NCBI GenBank assembly: GCA_028023455.1
Contig: JAQFVV010000009.1
Coordinates: 7,688,001 to 7,752,000, forward strand
Source of the DNA: Epiperipatus broadwayi
Lineage: Eukaryota; Animalia; Onychophora
DNA length: 64,000 nt
Reading direction: 5' to 3'
The notes under the pieces: generated by a model
What the model was told of the DNA's origin: nothing
The model's database searches: none
What the model saw: the letters and a program-made list of their open reading frames with translations, nothing else
In this document: piece by piece, positions 1-10,585 of the stretch
Numbering within the stretch: position 1 is the first letter of the stretch
Layout: each line of letters starts with the position of its first letter
Position numbers and translations under genes: made by a program

Positions 1-1827
1 TTTGTCATTTTTAATCTGATGAATAGATTGGCATTGATATAAAAAAAGTGGAAGTTATTTGAAAGTTTCTTTGGGGATCTTGTTTATGAATGATCATAGT
101 AATGTTTTTGAGCTTGATTATTCCATGAATAAATTTATATTGGTGTTACATATTTAATAAGCTGTAAACTATTTAAAAACTTATTAAAATTGCTAGAATG
201 TACATATGTATATATATCACATCTTGGTGACTGAGCTATAAGTTTTGAGAATATTGTTACAATTAATAGAATTATCAGAAAGGCTACTCCTGCAAGAAAG
301 ATCTTATTTAAAAATTTAGATAACAATAAATATTTATCACATAAGATGCACTAAGATTCGTATTGATATTGGATTAATCATCCTGCAGATTGTCAAAAAG
401 GCAAGTAAGAGTACCATAATTTTTTAAATCAGGACAATTGTTTCATTTAGTTGGATAGATTTAAAAAAAAGCCCTATAGAGACTATCCAATCTTAAGTGA
501 TGATAATGAGTAAATTTAATGAGTTGATTATGCATAATAATATATTTAAAATTGGGCATTATTGATTTTTAAATTTAAATTTATGCAGTTTTTAATTTTT
601 AAAACAAAATATGTTAATTTACATGTGATTATTACAGACATAAGATTAAACATAAACAGTATTTATTATCTTAATTTTTTTTGTATGTTTATTTACATAA
701 GTAAGTCGAAAATGAACTATCTAATTATATTGCAGCAGTTATTCATCATTGTTTTTTAAAATTTGATGTAATAGGTTTGTAAATAGAAAAACAAAGCCAC
801 TCTTTTAAACAACAATTGAGAAAAGTATAGAAAATTACTGACAGCTAAGTCATTTGGGACTGAGTGCAGAGAATAGAGCAGAACAGAAGTGAAAGACTAA
901 GAGAAACATACTAGTCTGCACCAATTAGAAGAAGAGGATGCCAGCTGACGTCTTGCAGTGGGCTTACTTTATGGACAAGTGCAGTAGCTTAATGCTTTTT
1001 GCTGTTTATGCTAAACACTTGATGCTACAGCTAACGATATTAAAATGGTGCTTGGTTAAGACAATTCTTCCTTGAATTACTTTGTGAATATTATCTTTTT
1101 CATTTAACAAAGATCACTCCTGATTTTTTAAATTAGAAACTTCAATACAATCTTTTTATGAAGGATAATTATATTAGAAAATATGTCAACTGCTTTTCTA
1201 TTAATCCTTGAAATAACTAATAAGGATCTTTAGGGTTGTTGTATTATTGAAGCATGAAATTCTCTTAAGAAATATGTTATGAATACAAGTAAATCTAATG
1301 TTGGGTTCATTAAAAAGAAGAATCATGACTGGTTTTCTGATTAAAAAGAAACATATTGCATTTTCTGCTTGGCAAAATAATAAATTCAATGTGAAACTTA
1401 ATAAATATAAAACATTGAAGGCAGAAGTTTAATGGCTGATAAGAAGGCTTACAAATGATTAATGTATTAAAACTTTTAGATCTTTCTTTCATGCATTAAA
1501 TGCAATTCAATATCTCAGTCATATTAGAGCCAACATTTTGGAAAGAAGAAAAGAGTATTCTGATGATCTATTAAATAATGATACAAAAATTGAGATGATG
1601 ACTTTCAACAATATATCATTTTATCAGTCATTTATATTTGTTCAATGACCCAGATTACTGAAGTTAAAATAAATATCTTTGTAATCTTAAAAATGGAAAG
1701 ATTCCCAAGTCCTGATGAAATAAAACAGCAAAACTCTCCATACAGTAGTGCCATTCAGTGCAAGCCAGAGTAATCAGTGGATGCAAGAAAGTTTGTTCAT
1801 AAAATCCCTATCTAGTGCCTACTTATC

Positions 1828-1882
1828 TAATATCCCAAGACTAGTTTCTAGCTTGTGTATTTCATCAATGAGGAGCCTTGGA
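1828..1882 (-). ncRNA. Inverted copy of the H1 hammerhead with a C3U core mutation (probably inactive)
   Basis: Minus strand reads tccaaggctcctca TTGATGA aatacacaagcta GAAA cta GTC ttgggatatt. Confidence 0.6.
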
Positions 1883-2312
1883 TATGAGAGCACAGCACCT
1901 AGATCTTAGGATCTAATGCAACCCTCCAGTATAGGGATTTTATACACAGATATTTTTGCATCCATTGATTACTCTGGCTTGCACTGATTGGTACTACTAT
2001 ATGGAGAGTTTTGTCTGTTTTAACAGCTTGAGCAAGCATAAGAAGTGGTGATCATGTGATGTTTAGTAGTTTAATACCAATTCTGCCTAATAGGATAATG
2101 GTGGCTATGGTTATTAAAGAACCAAAGACACCAAAATGTATGAATACTAAACTGAGTTCAGACCTATATGACTATATAAGCTGATGATCTTGGATTGAAA
2201 ATATTTAGTGTTTTCAATTTTAGACTCATAGTTTTGTAGTTAACTAAAGAGGTAAAAGGTCACTGCTGGAGGATTGCATTAAATCCTAAGATCTAGATGT
2301 AATGCTATCAGA

Positions 2313-2370
2313 TTCAAGGCTCCTCACTGATGAAAGTCACAAGCTAGAAACTAGTCTGGGGATATTGGAT
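2313..2370 (+). ncRNA. Type I hammerhead ribozyme (intact core)
   Basis: Stem I tcctca/tgggga, extended by ttcaa (tccaa in the inverted copy)/ttgga. Core CTGATGA at 2327-2333; A-[agt cacaa gct]-A stem II; GAAA 2347-2350; minimal palindromic stem III ACTAGT; cleavage triplet GTC 2354-2356. Confidence 0.8.
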
Positions 2371-4080
2371 GAGTAGGCAGTACTAGATAGGAATTTTAAG
2401 CACAAGCCTTCTTGCATCCATTGATTACTCTGACTTGTACTGAGTGGCACTACTATTTAAAGAATTTTGTCTGTTTTGGCAGCTTGAGCAAGCATAAGAA
2501 ATGGTGATCATGTGATGTTTAGTGGTTTAATCCTGATGAAATACCTGGAGAAGTGTTAGAACATATGCTGGTGATATGTTAGCTTTATAAATGTTGGAAT
2601 TTTTTAGAAATATATGGGCCCATGAAATTGTTCTGCCTGATATTAAGATTGTATTGTTCCAATTTTTAAAAGCAAAGAGAATAGACAAAATTGCAGCAAT
2701 TATCATGAAATGTCATTGTTATCCATTGCAGCAAATGTACTTTCAAGAGACAAGTTGTTACCAGAAGTTTTTGTTGCAAGGCAAATGAAAAAAGTGTCAG
2801 AGAAAAAAGGGATGATTTATATATTGCTTTCATTGATTTGGTCAAGGTATTTCACAGTTCATAGAACAAGTCTATGATATTGTTTAAGATTAGGTGGTTG
2901 TCCATCAAACTTTATTGATATTATTACAGCTTCTATATGATGAATAAGAGATATTATTCCAAGTAAAAAATCTGAGGCATTTGAAATAAAAACTGGTATT
3001 AAACAAGGAAGTGTACTTAGTCCAGTGTTGTTTTCAATTTTTATGATAGTGGTCTTTGGAATTGTCTATAGGTGATTTAATCAAACAGGGATCAAAATAT
3101 GATACAGGTTTGATAAAGAAATTTTTAATTTGAACTGATTAAAAGCAAAAACAAGTACTTCTTTTTGGATTCTGGATTTATAGTATACTGATGATTGTGA
3201 TATTTTTGCTATTACAAATAATGAAATACAGAATGTTGTTAATGTTTTGAATGCAACTTATAAAGATTTCAGTTTATTATTTAATATTTAAAAAAACTAC
3301 TTTATCAGTCAATAACAAAAAAAATCCTCAGAAACTTTTAGCTTGCATGATTATTACTTTGAGAATATAATTAGTTTTAATGCCTTGCTATTTTATAAGT
3401 AGAAAGATAAGCTTAGATGCTGAGGTATAATATAGACTCCATTGTGTTGTTGCTGCTTTTAACAAATTTTAAAAAAATATTTTACTCAGGAAGATAACTA
3501 TTGCACCTAAGTTATCTGGATAGAGAGTTGCTATTTTATTTCATTTATTGTATGGGAAGTAACATTTGAGCACCCTATTGGTGCAACATAAAGGCATTAG
3601 AAAAGTTTTATTTAAGAATGTTCTATAAAAATTTTAAAATACAATGGCTAGATAATAAAACTAACCAATATGTTAATCAATTTTCTGGATGTAATAATAT
3701 AGAGTCCACTATTATAAAACCACACTATCATTGAATTGGACATGTAAAATAAATGACTCCTTAAAAAGGTGTTTTATGGTAAACTTGAGCATAGTTTTTA
3801 TGGGATAAATAGACCTTATCTATGTTATAAAGAGTATCCCAAAGACATTATAAAGAAATGCAATGTCAATTATTTCCATTGGAAAGATATTGCAGAGAAT
3901 AAAATGCACTGGAGAGATACAATTAGACATGGTGTTGACATATTTCAGAAAGTAATGTTTTCTACTAAAAAAATTAAGACAACATTATAAAATATCAAAT
4001 AAACTGAAAAATGGACCAGCATATTTGTGGTTCATAGATTAGTTAGTGTACTCATCACAAACTCATTTTTAGAGTATTTT

Positions 4081-4182
4081 TCTTCCCCTCTCTTTTTTTT
4101 TCTTTCTTCCTTTCTCCCTTCCTTCCTTCTCTCCCTTCCTTCCTTTCCTTCCTTCCTTCCTTTCTTTTTTCCTTCCTTCCTT
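4081..4182. repeat. Polypyrimidine / (CCTT)n microsatellite
   Basis: Run of cctt/ttct units visible directly. Confidence 0.9.
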
Positions 4183-4614
4183 TTTGGAGTTAGAATCATC
4201 ATATTAATGATTTTTTGTTATCATTTAGTATCAATTATTCATTGATAAATTCTGAATATTGTACCATCATGAATATATTTATAGCTAGTTGTACATTGCT
4301 AAATGGTATCAAGAAAAAATACTAAATAGGCAAGAAAAAATATAAATCACTGAATTCAAATTTTGAGATACAAACTAACATTTTGCTTATAAATTATTCT
4401 ATACTATTAATTCTTGTAAAAATAATGTTACGCATTTATTTTTATGAAAAACCTGTTGATGTGTGCACATTTTTTGACATTTGTTGTATTCTTTTGATTA
4501 TTACTTTAACAAATGATGTTTCATAAATTATACAATACTTTGATGAGAGATATTTATACCAAAACATCATTCTAATTATTGGCATATTGATTTTTAACTA
4601 TTATTAAAATCTTC

Positions 4615-4925
4615 AATAATATAAAAAAGTGAAACTAAATCCATCGCCATTAGCAGGTGGATTAAGGGCCTGTTCTTACATCGATACTAATAATTAAACT
4701 TAAAGATTTTTATATTCATAAGCTAAATTGTAAATAGTCATATTATGTACTAATTAACACAAATATTCAATAATATAAAAAGTGAAAATCCATCATGATT
4801 AGCAGTTGGATTAAAAGCTTGTTCTTACATCGATGCTAATAATTAAACTTCTTAATTAAATATATGTATCATTTTATTTTTATATTCATAAGCTAAATTG
4901 TAAATAGTCATATTATGTACTAATT
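4615..4925. repeat. Local tandem duplication, about 150-bp unit x2
   Basis: aataatataaaaa..gtgaaa..ccatc..ttagcag..ggattaa..gttcttacatcgat..ctaataattaaactt..tttttatattcataagctaaattgtaaatagtcatattatgtactaatta occurs twice. Confidence 0.85.
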
Positions 4926-5499
4926 AGTGTTAATTTGATAATTAAATATTGTTTTGTTTTATTTTTATTCTTTCCTTTTTTCCTCAACACTTCAAAGTAC
5001 TGATCACTCCTCTGATTATCGTGGTTTCATGTTCCACATTTGAAGTTAGCCTGGGATATTATAAAAGATACATTTGTGTGTATGTGAGTGATTAGTTGAT
5101 TTTTGTCATCACCAGTCAGCATTATATTGCTACAGAACAGTTTATATGATTTCTTTATTATAAAATAAAATAAAGCTGTTGACAATAATCATTAAAGATA
5201 AAGCACTATCATATTTGGATGCATATAATAACAATTTCCATTACATAAAAAATTGCAACAATTATGAAGTCCAATAATGATAATTATTTATATCACCCAT
5301 ATTTTCCCAACATTAGGTATTGCAATCTGACATATCTTCTGTTATAATATATACATACTGCACCAATGTATTTTAATTCAGATAGACAATAAAAGAAATA
5401 CTTTTATTATTTTAGATTTTTGTCAAAAGGCAAATGTGACCACAAGATTTGAATAGGTTTTTGCTGTAAGCTAGCATGATCATTTTATTAATAGATAAA

Positions 5500-8360
5500 A
5501 TAGTTGTGTTGATTTGATAACTCTTTTTATTGAAAAATGGAAGAAAAATATAGTTTAACCAATCATTGTAGATTTTCTGCAAAATAAAGATTTCTACAAG
5601 TTTGATTCAGTTTTTATGATTTATGGTTTCTCTTCTTCACATCATTCCAGCAAATTTCTTTATCCCATTTCTCCATTTCATTGGTGTCACTTTCTAGATC
5701 CTTTACAAACTTTTGAAATTCTGTTTAATATTTCAGTTATCCATTTATTGTCATCATTTCAACTCCATTTCAACCTTTTAATTTTTTCAATAATGTCTCT
5801 GATGCCTGTTTGATTTTTGACCTATATATTTTGTTTTTAATTCCTCCTTATTATTTCCACATATTTATTGTGTGGCTAGTCTTTCAATTGCTCTTTTATT
5901 AACTATTCAAATTTCTGATTAATGTGCAAACACTGGTCAAGTATATTTATAAAAAAAATTTTTTCTTCAAACATATATTTGTATTTATTTTCAATATTAA
6001 ATTATTTCTACCAAAAATAAATTTAATCTTATAATTAATTTAATCTATTATGTTTTCATAAGTATTAATAATCTGATTAAATTTTTTTAGTGAACTTTTT
6101 CTTTGTACTATCAGTCATTATTGTCGCTCTTTTTTTTTTTGCATTTATTCAATTGCTAGTTTTGATAATATTTTTTGAGTTCCAAAACATTATTTGCAAA
6201 ACACTCTCACCATCTGTTTATTTTTATTTCTTTAGCGTTTCATTTTAATTCACAAAATACATTCGGTAAAAAGTTTGGGGTAGATTATATTATCTTATTT
6301 TAATCTTTGTCATTAATCTTCTTAGTATCACCATTTAACTTAATTATTACTGTTAAACATTTTTCTAAATTTGATAACATTTCGTCTATGTTAATCACTC
6401 CATAAAGGCTTACAGACTCAAATGCCTACATATCCAATGCAAAATGGCAACTCATACTCACTGATTCTTTATATTACTTTATTTAATACTTGGATGGTAT
6501 CCACTGTGCTATAACTAATTTTAGATATGCTTGGTCTTTTAATTGAACTGAAAGTTCTCTGTAGATGAATTGCAATAATTTTAATAAATAGAAATGAGAA
6601 AAGATTGATAGATTTGAAATTTCTGATATATTCTTTTTAATCTTTCATATATATGAATTTTACTACTGTATTTTTCCATTCATCTTATACATTTTTATCA
6701 TTTATACGTTTGGTATATAGTTTTCCCAATAGTTTTTCTATTTCTTCACCTTCTTTTAAAATATCAATAAATATTCCATAATTTCCTGCAGCTTTTGCAT
6801 TTTTTTTTTTCATGTGTCAAAGCATCGTCTGGGAAGCGAACCCGAGATAACTGCTTGTAAGGCGGCTGTGCCGACCACTTGACCATCAACACTTGACAGC
6901 TTTTGCATTTTTCATAGATTTAATTGAATGTCTCACCTTTCGATAAAATACTTGGTATTTCAAAAGTTATTGTAATTTGTGGGACAAATTTATTTTCATA
7001 TTTTTTTTTACTATAATACAATTTTTTCGTTGAACTTTTTCAAACACTTTATGATATCTGCTATGTCTAGCTAAGATAAAATGCACTTCCACGAATGCAA
7101 ATAACAACTAACAGTTAATATTAAGATTAAAGCATTTAACTAATAACATATATATACTTATTTACATAAGAAGGTCCCCGAAGGCATACACAAATAATAA
7201 TTAAGATCAATACGATCTTTAAGTGTCCTAGCTGACTGTTCACATGGTCGGAGGTAAGCTCTCCACACTTGAAGTCAATGTATGAGGGAGACATCTTGCT
7301 CCACTTCATATCAGTCTACACATGTGAAGCTCCAATCATACAGTTTCTCCCTTAGCCCTCCCTTATTGTTCTTCCGATTAGTACTAAAGGCAGTTCATTA
7401 TCTCTGAATCCCTGCAAATGATTGGTTAGCCCTATGCCCATCCGATCAGATGATTCTTCTTTTCCATATTCCATTGGAATTTTATTATCATCTTTCTGTC
7501 TTTTTAATTAATCAGTTATTTGTAGATTGTCGTTATCTAAAAAAGGATTCTAAGTCGAATTCCTTAATTTGTTTCATTTGAATAACGACTTATTCTACTC
7601 TTATTAATTAGTCTATTATTCATTTTAGAAATTAATTTTTCTAATCTAAAGATATAATTTTTAATTTCTACTTTCAAAGAATAAATCTTTACAAGTTGTG
7701 TAATATTTTTAATTTATTACTTTTTTCTCATTTTTACAATTATATATGTATGTGCATTTAAACATACACATACATATCAATGGCAACCCTCTTTTTAGAG
7801 ATAGAATCGTCTTTATGCTTATTGTTGAAGTTTCTTTTCTTTTAATACCAAACAATATTATATCTTTGAGACTCATGTTCTTTTTTAAAGCTTTTCATAA
7901 TTGTCAAGTCGCAGTTATATTTTCTTATGTAATTCTTAACTTTTTTTTATATCATTTAGGATATCCTATTAGAACTGTGAAAGTTGTTGCTTTTTTGAAT
8001 TGGCTATTTTTGGAGCCATCTTTTTAGCAATGTATCAGTTAACTGTCTTAAAATACCTCATTTCTGTTAATAAAAATGTAATTGAACTATGCTATAATCT
8101 TCATTTGATATGCTGTATGTTCTTTTCTGTTTTGCATTTTTCTCACAAAAATAGAATTCATAATTTCCAGCTTTTCTTTTTCTGAAAATTTTGCAAGTGT
8201 ATGCTTTCATATTCAAATTTATTATTGGCACTTTCATCTTTCAATCATTTTGTAATTCTATTATTAAAAATTCCATGCCAATTTTAAAATATTTCTGGTC
8301 TGATCAAAAATTATTCTACAAAAGTTATATAAAAATTCTCTACTTCTTCATCAAAATAAG
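5500..8360 (-). mobile_element. Highly degraded non-LTR retrotransposon (LINE ORF2 remnant), clade uncertain
   Basis: The minus strand is A-rich and coding-like, with an AFESV (AFDxV) RT motif near 6410; many stops. Hosts the SINE at 6801-6898. Confidence 0.5.
6801..6898 (-). mobile_element. Short tRNA-Val(TAC)-derived SINE, copy 1
   Basis: Minus strand: gtcaag-tgttgatggtcaagtggtcggcacagccgcct TAC aagcagttatctcgggttcgcttcccagacgatgct-ttgac, then an A tail. TSD cagcttttgcattttt at 6789 and 6897. Confidence 0.85.
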
Positions 8361-8368
8361 AGCATTTT

Positions 8369-8477
8369 GTCAAGCTTGTTAGCCGAGAGATCATCGCAAC
8401 CACCTTGCAAGCAAGTAGTTGGTTGCAGACAGTTGTGGATTTGCATCTCAGCTGATGCTATGACATATGAAAAAAAA
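8369..8477 (+). mobile_element. tRNA-derived SINE, variant subfamily, copy 2
   Basis: gtcaagc...gatgctatgac-atatg-(A)n; TSD aagagcattt at 8358-8367 and 8478-8487. Confidence 0.8.
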
Positions 8478-10393
8478 AAGAGCATTTGAATCAGAATTTT
8501 TTGAATTTTTACCTTTTATCAAGTTGAATAGCTGATTGTGCCACTTTATCTGATATAGCATCAATCACCACAATGTAGTTTTTCTATTTTGGGGTTATAA
8601 TAATTTTCCATTTCACTTAACTATCAATCTTTATATATTAAATATCAAAACACGCCTTTCCTACATTAGAAGATATAACTTTATTATGAAGCTTATCAAT
8701 TTCAGCAATTTCCAAGGTGTTACAACTTTACTATAACTCAGACCATACTGCATTAGAGATTTAACCTTATATCATTAATAAATAAGCTAAGAGATTCATA
8801 TTTATTAATTCTAATTAATGTCACCTAACTAGTGGGATTTATTTGCTGATATTTTCAATGTTGTAAAAAAAAGAATGAAATAAAATTGGGTTAATCATAT
8901 TGCTAAAAGAGATAATAGTTCAGATTATAAAAGACCTAAAAAGCAGTCACATGTAAAGTTAAAATGGATATTTAAATAATAAAGTTTGCTGTTAGGATGT
9001 GAAGAAGAGATGCTATAGACTGAAGTGGATCAATAATGATTGATAATGATAATGATTTTTGTTTATATATTGTGACAGTCAGATGATGTATGTTGATTTA
9101 ACCCAGTTCGAATACTAGGCAAAAGTACCTCGAGGCCACCCATATGCGAAATATTAAACCAAGAATACTATGACCTCTGCCCTATTCGTCTAGTCTCGAA
9201 GCTATCATGAACCGAACAACACTATCTGAGACACGCATAGATATTTTCTTCCCGAGCCACGAGCTTAGCATCAGCGGGAGACATGGACAGAACCACCTAC
9301 GGAGCTTAAATAGTTAAATTGCAAAAATACTTAGAAATATGTGTTCTGCGTGCCTGGATCATTTAAAAGTAAAACAAAGCATTGAAAGATAACTAGCAAA
9401 CTCAAGCTTTTTAGTTAAATAAATATCTTTAATAAATGACATTTGAAATATTATTAATAATTTAATGGCCTTCGCTATTCCCCAAAATTTATGAATAACT
9501 AATGAGACAATGAAAACCCGATTAATATGCTTGCGGTCTAAATCTTTCCTTCCCAGTTTTATTAAACATTGTCAACTCGAATCTGCTCGATAAAGTGCAA
9601 TAATAAAAATCTTTCGCAAAGCAGTTTCTAATTGCTTTGCACTAAAACAGAGTTTAAAATCATTTAAGATGTATATCGCTAAATCTGACATACGTAAGAA
9701 GCTAATGGCGGACAAAAGAAGCGTTATCGAGGAGATCAAGTTGGCAAACAAAAAAAAGGAAACTTACTCGTACTAAATTTTACAAGTATGAATAAAACTG
9801 GAAAGGGATTTTTATATGAACAATTAACTAATAAACTTAACCGCAATAGAATTAAAATATTTACACATGGGAGTAATGAAGAATAGCGAAGGAAAAGGGG
9901 TTAAATATCTAGATAGATGATCACATATACATATATCTAACTAGTCTAATAAAAATAGTTACATTATAAATATCATTAAGCACACATTTCATAAATATTC
10001 AAGAAAGCAATTATAAAAAGTATGGACAAAAAGGGTAGCATAATAAATAGTTCATGAGGAGAGATATGATTACCGTCCTTATTCCTTGGTCATGTTCCAT
10101 CGACGGGCGTAGCTTGATCCGTCTGATGAGATGTGTTTGTCCGGACAAGGAAAGTGGAAATCGGTAGCATGGTTTCACAAAAAGTCCTCCAGACACGGCA
10201 CAGAGTTCAGATGATGATTGAGTAAATACTACAGCATTTTTCTGGTATTGAGGAACCCTCGGCGGTAGACAAAGTTATTTATTTGCCTAGCCAAGCATGG
10301 TAGACTCCATCGAATTCATATAATAAAATCACAACAGGCAACAGCAAAATTTCTAAAGTTCTCCACGGAGCAATCTGACAGCCCGCAAGAATA

Positions 10394-10566
10394 CTCTGAA
10401 TGAATAATCTTTTCCAAAAGGAAAATCTGAATGACTGATCTTTTCCCAAAAGGAAAATCTGAATGACTGCTCTTTTCCAAAAAGGAAAATCTGAATGCTT
10501 GTTCCAAAAGGAAACTCTGATTGACTGATCTTTTTCAAAAAGGAAAATCTGAATGCCTGATCTTTT
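10394..10566. repeat. Minisatellite of about 32-bp units (atctgaatgactgatcttttccaaaaggaaa) x5.5, most units with a TTTTCC-AAAA-GGAAAA hairpin
   Basis: Units read directly; one unit is shortened; no unique spacers. Confidence 0.9.
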
Positions 10567-10577
10567 GTTCTCCCTTT

Positions 10578-10585
10578 TATTTATA
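10578..10585 (-). promoter_or_regulatory. Candidate TATA box of the LTR-like segment
   Basis: Minus strand gagggTATAAATAaaaggg in a more GC-rich context, about 15 nt from the start of the tandem array. Confidence 0.35.

Larger units (their letters stand above)
1723..2530 (+). mobile_element. Non-coding hammerhead-bearing retroelement (retrozyme / non-autonomous Penelope-like, family H1): inverted arm 1723-1930 plus 1.3 direct monomers of 456 nt
   Basis: 13-bp TSD tcctgatgaaata at 1710-1722 and 2531-2543. The anchor gcatccattgattactctg recurs at 1958 and 2414 (period 456). 1723-1930 is the reverse complement of about 2266-2477. Contains a hammerhead core; no ORF. Confidence 0.85.
1280..4010 (+). 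mobile_element. Degraded RTE-clade LINE (ORF2 remnant: RT and C-terminal region), interrupted by a hammerhead element at 1723-2530
   Basis: Frameshifted motifs in RTE order: KKNHDWFSD (~1313), ILERRKEYSDDLLN (~1537), KIPSPDEIPGEVL split by the insertion (1700/2545), IKQGSVLSPVLFSIF (~3000), YTDD (~3185), FYGKL...RPYLCYK...WKDIAENKMHWRDTIRHGV (ORF 3769-3990). Confidence 0.85.

Noticed and set aside
10394-10566. CRISPR array (repeats of about 32 bp with internal palindrome)
   Set aside because: Units are directly adjacent with no unique spacers, there are no cas genes, and the context is a eukaryotic intron.
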